Origin: an uncultured Gammaproteobacteria bacterium
GTDB taxonomy: Bacteria > Patescibacteriota > Microgenomatia > Levybacterales > UBA12049
Length of the DNA: 55,393 bases
NCBI GenBank assembly: GCA_964564035.1
Contig: CAZLZN010000006.1
Coordinates: 1-55,393, forward strand
Direction of reading: 5' to 3'
Position numbers and translations under genes: made by a program
Shown: positions 18,294-29,110 of the stretch, in pieces
Numbering within the stretch: position 1 is the stretch's first letter
Layout: every line of letters begins with the position of its first letter
Notes under the pieces: generated by a model
Told to the model about the DNA's origin: nothing
What the model saw: the letters and a program-made list of their open reading frames with translations, nothing else
Database searches by the model: none

Positions 18294-19451
18294 ATGATCA
18301 AAGAAACACAACCCCGTCATATAGAACAGGCAAATCTGGAATTATATAACCCAACCAAAGCGTTTATTCCCAAGTTTACCTCTGTACTGGCGAGAATTGA
18401 TAGTATAAACAGTAAGCGGCTGGAAGCAGGTATGTCTTCTGTTATTGATCCGGTCGAATTCACAAAAAGAGCACTGCTAAAAAATAGAGAGACGTTGTCA
18501 CAAAACGTGATCAGTATTCTCGATGTTTTTTGTATGGACGCGCCTATTGAGAGATCTCCTTCGCAAATACAGGTTTACAATTATTTAGACAGGGTAACAG
18601 GAGACCGTGATTTGGCAAATGACGATGAAATATCTTTTAAAAACGCATATAAAGAGAGCAGGGTAAATTTGGGATATTTCTTAAACTACGCTTATTTAAA
18701 AAAACAGGCTGAGACAGTGGCGGCTACCGCGCGCTCTTACGCAAATGGGTTGCGAGAGGAGGCAGGCAAAATGCCATCATCAAAAGAACAAGCTCTAGAG
18801 GCGTGGACTGATTTAAGACTTCAATTCAGAGCAGAAAATAATTTAAAAAATGAATTAATACAAACAAAAAACGGTGTATTTAATATGAATGATTCGTTAT
18901 CTGAAAGCGAAAAGGAGGCTGAATTAAAGACACACATGGTTACAGATGCAAAAGAGGAAATTTATTCATCCAGGCATGATGAACGAGTTAGAAGGTCTCA
19001 AAAACTAGCAGGGTTAACACAGTCGTTAACAAATATTTCCTTTAAAGAAAGCTCGGAATTGGTCGTTGAAGCGTTTCTTAACGACGACGAAAGAAAAGAA
19101 ATCTCCAAAATAAGAGGTGAGCACGGCCTGGCTTTAAGACTTGCGAAAGAAGTAACAGGCTTTACAAGCTATAAGCAAGAATCATATAGACAATTTCGCG
19201 ATAAGTTTATTGATAAAGGAATAATGCGCCCGGATGTTATACCGTGTGTTGAAAAACAATTTGACAGGGTTGCTGAAATTATTCTTGGCTCTTCTTTGGA
19301 AAATCTCACATACAGAACTAAGCAGGAATTATTAAAAAGCACAGTGGAAACGCCAGACGGCAAACGGATTGACGCGCTGAGCGCATTGCGTAACTATGTT
19401 AACGGAGTTGCCGCTCACTTGTTGCTTAATCCCCAAAGTAAACAGCAATAA
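18294..19451 (+). CDS. Hypothetical protein (385 aa), helical/charged
   Basis: Long ORF with no recognisable motifs. Confidence 0.65.
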   Translation: MIKETQPRHIEQANLELYNPTKAFIPKFTSVLARIDSINSKRLEAGMSSVIDPVEFTKRALLKNRETLSQNVISILDVFCMDAPIERSPSQIQVYNYLDRVTGDRDLANDDEISFKNAYKESRVNLGYFLNYAYLKKQAETVAATARSYANGLREEAGKMPSSKEQALEAWTDLRLQFRAENNLKNELIQTKNGVFNMNDSLSESEKEAELKTHMVTDAKEEIYSSRHDERVRRSQKLAGLTQSLTNISFKESSELVVEAFLNDDERKEISKIRGEHGLALRLAKEVTGFTSYKQESYRQFRDKFIDKGIMRPDVIPCVEKQFDRVAEIILGSSLENLTYRTKQELLKSTVETPDGKRIDALSALRNYVNGVAAHLLLNPQSKQQ

Positions 19452-19498
19452 AATAAATAGTATTTGTTTTAACCCGCTTTTCCACTATACTTATTCAT

Positions 19499-20521
19499 AT
19501 GTCCGATTTTAGATTCGTCTACAATCAAAGCGCCAAAAAATACGTAATCCTCGACCCGAATAGAGCCAAACGGCCGAATATCGGACACAAGACGGAGAAA
19601 GTTTGTCCGTTTTGCGTCGGGATCGAAAAAACCGAAACGGAAATATTTCGCGTCGGCGGAGAGCCATATGACACCGACTGGCAGATTCGTGTTATTGAAA
19701 ACAAATTTCCCTTCGCGCCGATACATGAAATAATAATCCATTCTCCCGATCACCACAAGAATTTCGAAGAACTGCCGCTTGCCCAGGCAGAATTGATTAT
19801 AAAAACATACCGTGATAGATTTATCGCTAACGAAAACAAAGGCATAGTATATATTTTCCATAATAGAGGAATCGCGGCAGGGGAGAGTATTCCTCATCCT
19901 CATACGCAAGTAACTGTTGTCCAAAAAGACATTTCACTTGATACGCCCCATTTGGATAATGAATTTTATAAACAAGCAGAACAGAAAACTAACGATAAAA
20001 ATTTAGCTGATTTTGAAAATGAAACTAACAGCAGAAAAGCATCTAAATTCGATATGAATAATTTAGGGTTTATCAAAATGCTTTTTGACCAAAATAAAAA
20101 TACTTATTCGTCACAGATTGATTTTATAAAAACCAAAAATTTTCTGATTTTTTGCCCGTCCGATTCTCAGTGGCCGGACGAAGTTTGGATCGCGCCAAAA
20201 ATCAAAGGTCAAACTTTTGGGCAGATCAACGAACAGGAGATTTCAGATCTGGCCTTTTGTCTCCAAAGAATTATTGCTATTTTTGATCTCAAACTTGGAC
20301 ACGAATTTCCGTTTAATCACTATATTTATCCCGGCAAAAACTGGTATATGCGCATCATTCCGCGATCAAAAATTCTGGGTGGCTTTGAAATGGGAACAGG
20401 AATAGTCGTGAACACACAGGATCCGAAAAAAACTTTTAATTTCCTCAAAGAAAACTTCCATGAACAAGATCTCTACAAAATCAGACTTACCGAAGGTGAA
20501 GATTTCTGGCGAAGCGTGTGA
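19499..20521 (+). CDS. galT: Galactose-1-phosphate uridylyltransferase-like (HIT superfamily, GalT type)
   Basis: RAKRP...CPFCVGIE zinc-knuckle region and FHNRGIAAGESIPHPHTQV (H-x-H-x-Q active site). A low-complexity Asn/Lys-rich segment separates the two half-domains. Confidence 0.8.
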   Translation: MSDFRFVYNQSAKKYVILDPNRAKRPNIGHKTEKVCPFCVGIEKTETEIFRVGGEPYDTDWQIRVIENKFPFAPIHEIIIHSPDHHKNFEELPLAQAELIIKTYRDRFIANENKGIVYIFHNRGIAAGESIPHPHTQVTVVQKDISLDTPHLDNEFYKQAEQKTNDKNLADFENETNSRKASKFDMNNLGFIKMLFDQNKNTYSSQIDFIKTKNFLIFCPSDSQWPDEVWIAPKIKGQTFGQINEQEISDLAFCLQRIIAIFDLKLGHEFPFNHYIYPGKNWYMRIIPRSKILGGFEMGTGIVVNTQDPKKTFNFLKENFHEQDLYKIRLTEGEDFWRSV

Positions 20522-20574
20522 GAGTGATACATTATTCCCGCTCAAAAATTAATTATTAGTATTATGCAAGTATT

Positions 20575-20784
20575 TTATTTTTTAAACTTAGACTCATATA
20601 CTTCGCTCGATTCCGTAGGCTGTGTATTTTCTTTAATGTCTTTATACATTTCACAGCCAATCATCCCGGCAACGCCCGCGAAGATTGAATAGGCTGCTAT
20701 TGGGCCAATAATTATGGTTGTTCTTATTAGCGTTCTACTTGGGAGCATTTGCTCACGTTTATATTTTGTAACTTCTCTTTCCAT
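20575..20784 (-). CDS. Small membrane protein, hypothetical (69 aa)
   Basis: ORF with a hydrophobic stretch, TIIIGPIAAYSIFAGVAGMIGC. Confidence 0.4.
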   Translation of the reverse strand: MEREVTKYKREQMLPSRTLIRTTIIIGPIAAYSIFAGVAGMIGCEMYKDIKENTQPTESSEVYESKFKK

Positions 20785-20897
20785 AAATTATTTCAACTGC
20801 AATTAATAAGTTTAAACTTAATATTAAATTGACTTATTTATATATATATCTTATACTACAAATATCGCGAGTGGTAAATACTACCACGCAATGTACT

Positions 20898-21632
20898 ATG
20901 TTTACACAGCAATTAATGAATTTAGGTCTACCAAAAAATGAAGCACAAATATATGAAGCGCTGATTGAGCATGGGGTGCTTTCTGTCGCCGAGTTGTCAA
21001 AGATTACAAAAATTCACAGGAGAAATATTTATGACTGTTTGAATCGGATGCAGGAAAAAGGATTTGCCGTAATTATTTTAGAAAAAAAAGAGAACCGTTA
21101 TAAAGCAGCTAATCCTGAAAAATTAAATGAGATCGTAGAAGAGAAGAAGATAACTCTTGAATCGATATTACCTGGCCTTCAGAAATTATGGTCTGAAAAA
21201 CCACATACTGAAGAAGTTTATGTTTTAAAAGGCGTAGAAGGCTATAAAAGCTACATGACGGAAATACTAAAGAGCGGTGAGGACCTATATGCGATTGGAG
21301 CCGGGGGATTATGGGCAAACCCAAAAGTCGTTAATTTCATTAATAATTTTCGTGAAGAGTTTATCAAAAAGGGACTAAAAGCTTATGTTTTGTATGACCA
21401 TTCTGTTGAAGGGCAAGACAAAGTACTACTGAATTTTTTTGGTAAAACTTATAAATTTATGGATAAAAAATTCAGCAGCAATGCAACAATGGATATTTTT
21501 GGAGATTATGTGGCTATTACTACCAAGGGTAAATTTGCCGAGATTAAAGACGCAACAATTACAATCATTAAAAACCGGAATATAGCAGATGCTTTCAGAA
21601 AATGGTTTCAGATGATGTGGGAATCGAATTAA
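20898..21632 (+). CDS. TrmB-family transcriptional regulator
   Basis: N-terminal winged HTH LGLPKNEAQIYEALIEHGVLSVAELSKITKIHRRNIYDCLNRMQEKGF is typical of TrmB. ATG 20898 is preferred over the upstream TTG 20829. Confidence 0.75.
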   Translation: MFTQQLMNLGLPKNEAQIYEALIEHGVLSVAELSKITKIHRRNIYDCLNRMQEKGFAVIILEKKENRYKAANPEKLNEIVEEKKITLESILPGLQKLWSEKPHTEEVYVLKGVEGYKSYMTEILKSGEDLYAIGAGGLWANPKVVNFINNFREEFIKKGLKAYVLYDHSVEGQDKVLLNFFGKTYKFMDKKFSSNATMDIFGDYVAITTKGKFAEIKDATITIIKNRNIADAFRKWFQMMWESN

Positions 21633-21647
21633 ATATCAAAAGCATTA

Positions 21648-21869
21648 CTACTCGCTTTTTTGCTGAATGCCGAGGATCCAAAGTACTGCTTCTTTTTTAT
21701 ATCTCCTGTCCCCGCGCGAATTAATTCTGATTGCGGGAAGCTTTCCGCGCTTTCCCCACCTCTTGATCGTAAGAGGGGACACTCGGAGTACCTCGGCAAC
21801 TTCACGAACGGTAAGCAGATCAGGTAGATTATCAATAGTTAATCGAGGGGATTTTGAACTGACTGTCAT
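21648..21869 (-). CDS. Small helix-turn-helix DNA-binding protein (excisionase/MerR-like HTH)
   Basis: LLTVREVAEVLRVSPLTIKRWGKRGKLPAIRI matches the excisionase-family HTH pattern. Confidence 0.7.
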   Translation of the reverse strand: MTVSSKSPRLTIDNLPDLLTVREVAEVLRVSPLTIKRWGKRGKLPAIRINSRGDRRYKKEAVLWILGIQQKSE

Positions 21870-21999
21870 AAAATATCAATATATATGTTTAGTATATAAA
21901 CAATAACAAACTATACCAATGCTGTCAAGAGGTTTTGTGTAAGAATATCCCGTTCCATATTTTTTTGCCTTGTAGATCGCTTTATGGGTATAATAAATT

Positions 22000-23610
22000 A
22001 TGAGAGAGATACTGGTCGCTTTTGTTCTTTTTTTAACAGCGTCTTCTATAGTTATCTCGTTAAGTTTGTTCGCTATACCTGCGGACCTGATCATAAAAAT
22101 AATTGCGTTACTTGTTTTGCTTATCCTAGTACTCGTCGTAATTTTCAACCACTTGCTCTACAAAAAAAAATTCAGATATTTATTACTGTTTTTAACAACG
22201 CTTACTACACAGCTGCTTGTGATCTCGACCGGTGGTTTTTATAGCCCCTACTTAGTATTATTTTATTTTTTTGCGTTGGGAATTAGTTTATTCTTTACAG
22301 TAAACACGTCGCTGTTTTTTTTAATATCATCTTTTGCAGTGCTGATCGGAGATGTACTTCTAGACAAAACCGGCCAGAACCTCTGGCAGAATGACCCCGG
22401 AGCCGTGATTTTATATAGCTTGTCTTTTTTGGCTATAATCCCAATCGCACAGCTGCTCGCTTCAAAATATAAGCTCAAAGATAATTTTCTAAAACTGATG
22501 AAAAAACAAATCGCCCTGCAGGAGACGATCATATCTGAAGTTAAAGAAATGATCTTTATAATAGATAATGAAAAAAATATTTTAGCTGTTAATGATAGGG
22601 TAGAGCATATGCTCGGACGAACTCGAGAATCACTTATCGGACAACCGGTTTTAACAATTTTATTCTTGAGAGATTCCGCCGGCAAGCTTATAAATAATAG
22701 CGACTTGGGTATTGAGGAATTAAAAAAAACAAAAAAAACAAAAAAAATAAATGATCTGATCTTTATTCCTCCTGGAGCCGGAAGCGTCAAGCGCGTTAAT
22801 GTAATATTAAAACCGAATTTAAATTTAAAAGATGAATTGGAGCAGGTAAGTATAATTTTGCACGAAAATCGCGTGAATACCGAAATTTATAAAAATATTG
22901 AAGAAGCGGATGCGAGACTCGGGGCAAAAATAGGTGATTTAAAGATCAAATTTGCCAAAACCGACATTGACTCATTAAATCAATTAATACTTATTGAACG
23001 TTTAAAAAACGACATCCTGCTAATGCATACTTTAGAAGATCATTTACTGCCCGAAAAGAAGATTGTGATAGACATAGCGGTTTTGTGCAGGGCAGCAGTA
23101 AATTCTGAGCAGGATTTCGCAAAAGCCTGCGGCGTACCGCTTAAGTTCGCATTGCCGGATTTTACACAAGAAGAATACTCCAAGATGGTAACACCACTAA
23201 TTGATGTAAAACCCGAAGATTTCACAGGGCCATTCTTTACAGCAAGATGCGAAGTAAGATATGTTAATATTGCTATAAAAAAATTAATTGAACTGGCTCT
23301 GCTTATGTCTAGTCCGGCTGATAATTCGGAAGTTATGGTGCAGGTTGAGCGCAATAAAGACAAAAAAATTATTATCGGAATAAACTGCAAAGCTTCCGAA
23401 TATATTATCAGAAATCATAATGAAGTATTTGAGCTATATTATGGAAGCTTGATCCACGAAGCAAAATTAAATCAGGGCACAGGCTTGGAAGGTCACCTGG
23501 CAGCGCAAATACTAAAGGAGTTAAATATCCCGCTCGCAGTAAACGCAGACCAGTCAAGCCAAACAGTACGCTTTAGCCTATCTCTCAAAAAAGAAAATAG
23601 CTTGTCCTAA
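22000..23610 (+). CDS. Membrane sensor histidine-kinase-like protein (polytopic N-terminus, PAS-like, HATPase_c-like C-terminus)
   Basis: Five to six N-terminal hydrophobic helices. The PAS-like segment is IFIIDNEKNILAVNDRVEHMLGRTRESLIGQPV. A C-terminal G-box-like GTGLEGHLAAQILKEL is present. The H-box is not clearly recognisable, and no response regulator is adjacent. Confidence 0.6.
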   Translation: MREILVAFVLFLTASSIVISLSLFAIPADLIIKIIALLVLLILVLVVIFNHLLYKKKFRYLLLFLTTLTTQLLVISTGGFYSPYLVLFYFFALGISLFFTVNTSLFFLISSFAVLIGDVLLDKTGQNLWQNDPGAVILYSLSFLAIIPIAQLLASKYKLKDNFLKLMKKQIALQETIISEVKEMIFIIDNEKNILAVNDRVEHMLGRTRESLIGQPVLTILFLRDSAGKLINNSDLGIEELKKTKKTKKINDLIFIPPGAGSVKRVNVILKPNLNLKDELEQVSIILHENRVNTEIYKNIEEADARLGAKIGDLKIKFAKTDIDSLNQLILIERLKNDILLMHTLEDHLLPEKKIVIDIAVLCRAAVNSEQDFAKACGVPLKFALPDFTQEEYSKMVTPLIDVKPEDFTGPFFTARCEVRYVNIAIKKLIELALLMSSPADNSEVMVQVERNKDKKIIIGINCKASEYIIRNHNEVFELYYGSLIHEAKLNQGTGLEGHLAAQILKELNIPLAVNADQSSQTVRFSLSLKKENSLS

Positions 23611-23728
23611 AGCCCTAACTTTTGTTGCGAGCAGAAACCTTTGTATTTGAGCTTTGATTACAGATTAAAATATAAACTCAACTTAAATTCGCTTTCCCGG
23701 CGTACATATTGGGTGTCAGTTAAAAATA

Positions 23729-26104
23729 TTATCTTGAAAAGAGCTGGCTCTGCGGTACAACTTGTTTTGCTTGAGACTTACTGCTCCAGCTGAGGCGGGC
23801 TTCCGATCCTCCATAGTTCTGATAATATTCTATTCTGATCGCATACTTTCTATTCGCTGTTAAACTTATCTTTCCGTTGTATTCTGTTGCGGGCTGATTG
23901 ATCCATTTATCAATTAACTTTACTCCGTTTACCCAAACGCGTGCTCCGTCATCCGTTCTAAAATAAATAGTATACTGCTGTGAGTATTTAGGAATAATAT
24001 AACCTGTCCACAATACGCTGTATGTAGATGGTTCAATTCCGCTGACAGGCGAGTTGGACCCCCAGTTAAAATTAATAATTGGATCAATTCTGGTAATAGA
24101 TGTACCGGTAAAATTATTATTGTTGTAGTATTTACCCGTCAATCCGTTTGGATTAGGAGTGGGAGTAGGTAGTTTTGTAGGAGTAGGGATACTGGTTGGG
24201 GTGGGGGATGGGGTAATAGTTGGTGTAGGGGTAAAAGTCGGCGATGGTGTCGGAGTATTTGTGGGAGTAGGCGTTGGCGAAGGAGTGCTGGTTGGAGTGG
24301 GATATGGTGTACTTGTGGAGGTTAAACTGGGCGACGGCGTGTCAGTGGGATTAGTGATTACTGCAGGGAATGCGATCCTCAGTAATTCCCATGCCTCCTT
24401 GCGGATTCTAACCACCGATTCGGGATCGGTTTTAAAAGTTTTTACTGCCACATCCGCGCTCTCCGATAACCAAGCGTCAGCACGGCTTTCCCATTCTCCT
24501 GCATATTTTCCCTGCCTCTTCGCCTGTTTTATTCGTTCATAAATCGACACATCTTCAACGCTCTCTCTCCAGGCTTCAATACCCCGCGTTAAAATATATC
24601 CGGCACTGCTAGGAAATACAAGAACAGCGTCATTTAAATTGGAAGCACCCCGATCATCACCGTCAAAATCATTCCAAATATCTCCGTATCCAAAATCTAT
24701 ACCCCACATCCCCATGCCTTGAAGATCATGCTTTATGGCGATCCATCCGGCTCTTCTGAAAAATCTCAACAGCGAAACTTCGTTTCTGGCCCCCTCGCCG
24801 TAATAATTGCTGTAGAACCATAGCGGCTTACCTGTTGATTTAAGAAAGGCTGTTTGATCTTCCAGTCGATACATGGTTTCATGTGGTATCCAAATATCAA
24901 CATAAGGATTAAGTCCCTCAAGAGTCTCAAGAAGCCTGTTACCGGCAGGATTCTCAACTATGAGAGCATTCGGCCGGTATGCTTTTACCTCCTGGGCAAT
25001 TATCCCAATTCCTTCAACATGTTCCAGCTTTGGCTCATCCAGAATAGAGATTATTATTTGCTCGTCTTTCCAGCCTTCTTCATTCAAGCGTGAATAATAT
25101 GCGTCAACGGCGGCTCTGATCTTATTTCTAAAATCTGCCGGATCCGTTTTATAAAGATTAGTTGTGATGGAAAGATCTTTGCTCCACAGGTCAGACCTCG
25201 AGTAAGATAGAAGATTTTTATATACATAAGACTTATTCTGTCCATGATTTGTTATTGACCCGTTTATCGTTGTGTAATAAGACTTATCTAGATCTTCATC
25301 ATATCCGCCATATGTTAGAACTTGTTTATATGGTTTTGTTGGGATGTAGGTAGAAAGCACCTCCGCATTGATATACTGTTGTCTAACTAAAGATCCGTCT
25401 GGATTTGCTACGTCGAGATTAAAAACATAATTACCCTGAGTTGTCTGAGCACTGCCCGGTGAAGTGTTATACGTCTGTAAACGCATCCACAATCTTACCG
25501 GTGTGTTTGGCTTAAGATGAAGTACGGGAAAATCCTTCCAAGCTTCTTCATCTACAAAAGAAGCGGGAAAATTGCCGTTAAAACTATCTATCTGTTCTTT
25601 GGTAAATAGATTAACCAAAGCGGCTTTATTTGCGGAGGTGGTAGAAGCTCTGCTCTCTATTGCCCCCAGAACACGCAAATCTGCTTTGCCGTATTTGAAA
25701 TCCGTCGGGGCCGTAAGCGTCACTCGCACATCTACTTCATTTTCTGAAGTATTCATAATGCCGATAATCTTTTGCTCGACCTCATTTCTCAATACGGGTA
25801 TCGACCATGAAGACTCTTCAATTTCAAGAGTGGTGGGCATTCTGGTTCCGCCATCGGTGAAAATCCATGGATCCTCAGTCCACGTAGTAATACCTTGTTT
25901 AAAATCCGGGCTATTTGGATCAGTATTTAATTGGGCTCTGCCTTTACTAATATTTTGATGTTTATTTATGTTGGAATTTATAAGTGGAATTGTTGCTAAC
26001 AGGCTAAGAGATAGTATAATTCCAAAAAGCGAAAAATATAAAAGTATGGCGGATTGTCTGCTGTTGTTTTTAAATTGACTCAAATAACTAATAAATCTTT
26101 TCAT
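23729..26104 (-). CDS. Secreted putative glycan-active enzyme (DUF4091-like catalytic region, tentative) + Pro/Thr linker + C-terminal PA14 domain
   Basis: N-terminal anchor, about 550-aa globular region, about 65-aa PT-rich linker, then [15 protein letters not shown]...FSVLWTGYI...[17 protein letters not shown]...[20 protein letters not shown] (PA14 pattern). Confidence 0.7.
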   Translation of the reverse strand: MKRFISYLSQFKNNSRQSAILLYFSLFGIILSLSLLATIPLINSNINKHQNISKGRAQLNTDPNSPDFKQGITTWTEDPWIFTDGGTRMPTTLEIEESSWSIPVLRNEVEQKIIGIMNTSENEVDVRVTLTAPTDFKYGKADLRVLGAIESRASTTSANKAALVNLFTKEQIDSFNGNFPASFVDEEAWKDFPVLHLKPNTPVRLWMRLQTYNTSPGSAQTTQGNYVFNLDVANPDGSLVRQQYINAEVLSTYIPTKPYKQVLTYGGYDEDLDKSYYTTINGSITNHGQNKSYVYKNLLSYSRSDLWSKDLSITTNLYKTDPADFRNKIRAAVDAYYSRLNEEGWKDEQIIISILDEPKLEHVEGIGIIAQEVKAYRPNALIVENPAGNRLLETLEGLNPYVDIWIPHETMYRLEDQTAFLKSTGKPLWFYSNYYGEGARNEVSLLRFFRRAGWIAIKHDLQGMGMWGIDFGYGDIWNDFDGDDRGASNLNDAVLVFPSSAGYILTRGIEAWRESVEDVSIYERIKQAKRQGKYAGEWESRADAWLSESADVAVKTFKTDPESVVRIRKEAWELLRIAFPAVITNPTDTPSPSLTSTSTPYPTPTSTPSPTPTPTNTPTPSPTFTPTPTITPSPTPTSIPTPTKLPTPTPNPNGLTGKYYNNNNFTGTSITRIDPIINFNWGSNSPVSGIEPSTYSVLWTGYIIPKYSQQYTIYFRTDDGARVWVNGVKLIDKWINQPATEYNGKISLTANRKYAIRIEYYQNYGGSEARLSWSSKSQAKQVVPQSQLFSR
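23762..24125. repeat. 364-bp repeat, copy 1 (identical to 26140..26503)
   Basis: Block-by-block comparison by eye shows no mismatch. It encodes the PA14 core of both genes. Confidence 0.9.
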
Positions 26105-26106
26105 GA

Positions 26107-27708
26107 TTACTTACTCAAGAGTTGCGATTGAGGTATTGTTTGTTTTGCTTGAGACTTACTGCTCCAGCTGAGGCGGGCTTCCGATCCTCCATAGTTCTGA
26201 TAATATTCTATTCTGATCGCATACTTTCTATTCGCTGTTAAACTTATCTTTCCGTTGTATTCTGTTGCGGGCTGATTGATCCATTTATCAATTAACTTTA
26301 CTCCGTTTACCCAAACGCGTGCTCCGTCATCCGTTCTAAAATAAATAGTATACTGCTGTGAGTATTTAGGAATAATATAACCTGTCCACAATACGCTGTA
26401 TGTAGATGGTTCAATTCCGCTGACAGGCGAGTTGGACCCCCAGTTAAAATTAATAATTGGATCAATTCTGGTAATAGATGTACCGGTAAAATTATTATTG
26501 TTGAAATATTGCCCTGTTAATCCGCTCTGAGCCACAGCAGGTGTCGGTGTGTTTGTGGGAGTAGGGGATGGGGGAGTGCTGGTGGGAGTTGGCGTGTTAG
26601 TCGGAGTAGGAGATGGTGTGTTGGTAGGCGTGAGAGACGGAGTGCTGGTTGGAGCTATTGAGGGCGTAATTGTCGGCACAGCGGTCGCTGTAGGCTCAGT
26701 ACTCGGTGAATATACTCTAATATAATCTATCTCCATCTCGGGTGGGAAAACAGTATCCGGCTTTACTTCTCCCGGCCATTTGCTCCCTATTTCCCAAGAA
26801 GCGAGGAAATATAAGGACTTATTTACGTAATTTGGTATCGATTTAACTACTTGTCCATCCAGATACCATTTCATGTCTGCGGGAGTCCATTCGAACGCAT
26901 ATGTATGCCATACGCCCAGCATGCCCCCGGCCGGTTGCATATATGTAAGTCCTGAGTCTGGCGACTCTCCGTGAGCATTAACTGTAGACAATAGTCCTGC
27001 AGAAGGATTATTCCCATCGTAAAGAGTTTCCAGGATATCAATTTCGGGAGGATAAGAGCCGTCTTGTGCCAGGAGCCAAAAAGCCAAGTGCTGTGCGCTT
27101 GAAATTGCGTTTAGTTTAGCGCGTATCTCCCAAAAGCCATATGTTTGTGCATGTGACAGTTCGGATGTGATCATTGATGCCGCCGCAGGCGGGGAGGCGC
27201 CATACCAGTCAAATTGCGGCTGATATGCCGGCGGTATAGGATAAGCTCTCATTTTAAGCGTTCCATTCGAGACTTCATGAAGCGATGGGTTTGGCCATCC
27301 CGCTTCGATAAGCACCTGTTTTATTGTTTTGGCACCCGCAGGTGCGTTTATGCCTTTCCATGTATCATCCATCTTCACGCCGTCATCCAGATTGTCATAG
27401 ATCCTTCTGGTATTCCATCTGCAGAAATAACTAGCCCACTTATTAGTTATGCTATTTCTTCCGCAAGTCGGATCAAGGTCGAGAGATGCTCCGTCAAATT
27501 CATCGCTCCATGATAGAGTATGTCCGGGGGGAGCTGCATGAACGTTTTTTAGCTTGTCTGCATTCTTTATCCGGCTATTTAAAACAGGAAAAGAGATTAA
27601 AGTAACTAAAAATGCCAAAATACTGAAAGCGGAAATTGATATCCAGATCTTTGATATATTATTTTTGTTTTTCGTGCGGCGCTTTAAGGATTTTCTTTTT
27701 TTGACCAT
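26107..27708 (-). CDS. Secreted glycoside hydrolase family 16 + Pro/Thr linker + PA14 domain
   Basis: GH16 catalytic motif PPEIDILE (E-x-D-x-x-E), GFWEIRAKL and [10 protein letters not shown], then the PT linker and the same PA14 domain as the downstream gene. Only 2 nt separate the two genes. Confidence 0.85.
   Translation of the reverse strand: MVKKRKSLKRRTKNKNNISKIWISISAFSILAFLVTLISFPVLNSRIKNADKLKNVHAAPPGHTLSWSDEFDGASLDLDPTCGRNSITNKWASYFCRWNTRRIYDNLDDGVKMDDTWKGINAPAGAKTIKQVLIEAGWPNPSLHEVSNGTLKMRAYPIPPAYQPQFDWYGASPPAAASMITSELSHAQTYGFWEIRAKLNAISSAQHLAFWLLAQDGSYPPEIDILETLYDGNNPSAGLLSTVNAHGESPDSGLTYMQPAGGMLGVWHTYAFEWTPADMKWYLDGQVVKSIPNYVNKSLYFLASWEIGSKWPGEVKPDTVFPPEMEIDYIRVYSPSTEPTATAVPTITPSIAPTSTPSLTPTNTPSPTPTNTPTPTSTPPSPTPTNTPTPAVAQSGLTGQYFNNNNFTGTSITRIDPIINFNWGSNSPVSGIEPSTYSVLWTGYIIPKYSQQYTIYFRTDDGARVWVNGVKLIDKWINQPATEYNGKISLTANRKYAIRIEYYQNYGGSEARLSWSSKSQAKQTIPQSQLLSK
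26140..26503. repeat. 364-bp repeat, copy 2
   Basis: Identical to 23762..24125 (offset 2378 nt). Confidence 0.9.
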
Positions 27709-27783
27709 ATATTTTGTAAAATTACAGAAAATAATTCTATGATTCTATAATTTAATTATATTTACTATTGATAGTCAATAGGC

Positions 27784-27850
27784 AAAAGTCACAAAAATAC
27801 CCCGTTCACCAATACGCAAATTTTTTTGTGTATTTGACTAACGGGGTATT
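27784..27850 (-). terminator. Candidate intrinsic terminator after rplL
   Basis: Minus-strand hairpin with 11-bp arms aataccccgtt / aacggggtatt and a partly self-pairing loop, followed by tttgtgactttt. Confidence 0.45.
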
Positions 27851-27853
27851 TAA

Positions 27854-28246
27854 CTATTTAAGTTCAACTGTAGCTCCTGCTGCAGTGAGCTTGGTTTTTG
27901 CTTCATCCGCGGTCTTTTTATTGACCTGGGACATAACCTCTTGAGGCGCGGTATCAACCTTGCCTTTAGCTTCAACAAGAGATAGTGTAGGTACTAATTC
28001 GCGAAGAGCCTTGATGACAGCGATCTTATTTGCGCCTGCTGATGCCAGGACGACATTGAAGATAGTCTGTTCTTCTTTGGGTGCGTCTGACGCTCCCGCT
28101 CCTCCCGCTGCCGGTGCCGCCGCGACCATTGTTGCCGCCGCTGATACTCCGAATTTTTCTTCGAGTGCCTTTACCAGATCGGAAAGCTCGAGAACTGTCA
28201 TCTCTTCAATCGCTTTCATTAATTCATCTTTTGTTATTTTTGCCAT
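27854..28246 (-). CDS. rplL: 50S ribosomal protein L7/L12
   Basis: [38 protein letters not shown]..., an Ala/Gly hinge, and C-terminal ...[12 protein letters not shown]. Confidence 0.95.
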   Translation of the reverse strand: MAKITKDELMKAIEEMTVLELSDLVKALEEKFGVSAAATMVAAAPAAGGAGASDAPKEEQTIFNVVLASAGANKIAVIKALRELVPTLSLVEAKGKVDTAPQEVMSQVNKKTADEAKTKLTAAGATVELK

Positions 28247-28378
28247 AATACACCTCCTTTCAGCCGTTGAATTTTAAATTTACAATTTTAAATTTGAAAT
28301 GAATTTTCAATACTTTAAATTTAAATTTTTAAAATTTATATTTGATTGAAAATTTAAAATTTCAAACTGAAAATTTAC

Positions 28379-28915
28379 TTATACTTTTTTCTCCCTAATC
28401 GCGTTAAGAGTCATTACTAAGCTTTGTAAGTTCCAATTCAGTGCCCTATGAAGTCCGGAAATCGGTGCTTTCATCTGTCCCAAAAGTTGTGCCTGTAGAA
28501 CGGGTAGGGGAGGAAGAGTCGCTATTTTCTCTACCTCTTTTTCGGATATTTGCTTTCCCTCAAAAATACCGAATTTTATTTTTGGAAGCGTTAATTCTTT
28601 TATTATATTAGTCAATTCTTTCAGAGGCGCGACAATATCGTTATAAATAAAGAGAGTCGCGGTCGGGTCTGTAAATTTATCTTTATCCGCTTCAGGATCT
28701 ATCTTGTCGCCAAGAGCTCTTTTGACCAGTGTGTTTTTAGTAGTTACATATTCTGCCTCAAGCTTTTTAGCGGCTCTTTTGATCCTCTCAAGCTGAAGAT
28801 GAGTAAGTCCCTGATAGTTGGTAAAAATAATCGCTTTGGACTTAGTGACCTTCTCGGAAAGCTCGTTTACCAGATCTATTTTTTTCTGTTTATTTGTACT
28901 GATTTTGCTGCTCAT
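28379..28915 (-). CDS. rplJ: 50S ribosomal protein L10
   Basis: KIDLVNELSEKVTKSKAIIFTNYQGLTHLQLERIKRAAKK...TKNTLVKRAL is the typical L10 N-terminal domain. It sits directly upstream of rplL. Confidence 0.9.
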   Translation of the reverse strand: MSSKISTNKQKKIDLVNELSEKVTKSKAIIFTNYQGLTHLQLERIKRAAKKLEAEYVTTKNTLVKRALGDKIDPEADKDKFTDPTATLFIYNDIVAPLKELTNIIKELTLPKIKFGIFEGKQISEKEVEKIATLPPLPVLQAQLLGQMKAPISGLHRALNWNLQSLVMTLNAIREKKV

Positions 28916-28930
28916 ATTAAAAATTTTCTC

Positions 28931-28953
28931 AAAAAAAACACTCCTGAGGAGTG
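28931..28953 (-). terminator. Hairpin + U8 tract 15 nt upstream of the rplJ start (candidate leader attenuator)
   Basis: Minus strand: cactcctcaggagtg (6-bp stem, 3-nt loop) immediately followed by tttttttt, then 15 nt, then the ATG at 28915. Confidence 0.5.
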
Positions 28954-29074
28954 CTGTATATAATTAAAATTTAAAGTATTGAGAACAAACTTTTTATTTT
29001 CAACTTTAAACTTTTAACTATTTCTGCTCCTCGGCAGGTCTTAGTTTAGCGCCTGCTGTCTCTGGACTTCAAGT

Positions 29075-29103
29075 ATTATAACAGTTATATAAAATTTTGT
29101 AAA
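29075..29103 (-). promoter_or_regulatory. Sigma70-like promoter candidate for the rplJL leader
   Basis: Minus strand TTTACA (29103-29098), 17-nt spacer, TATAAT (29080-29075), just downstream of the stop of 29111..31324. Confidence 0.35.
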
Positions 29104-29110
29104 TATTGCT

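Noticed and set aside
21876-22244. ORFs 21876..22148 (-) and 21984..22244 (+) near the histidine-kinase-like gene start.
   Set aside because: They overlap the 536-aa membrane protein ORF and intergenic AT-rich DNA, and have no supporting motifs.
24159-24542. A Gly/Val-rich 127-aa ORF, and the similar ORF at 37014..37370.
   Set aside because: These are the antisense reading of Pro/Thr-linker coding sequence (ACN/CCN repeats read as GVG). This is an artefact of low-complexity DNA.
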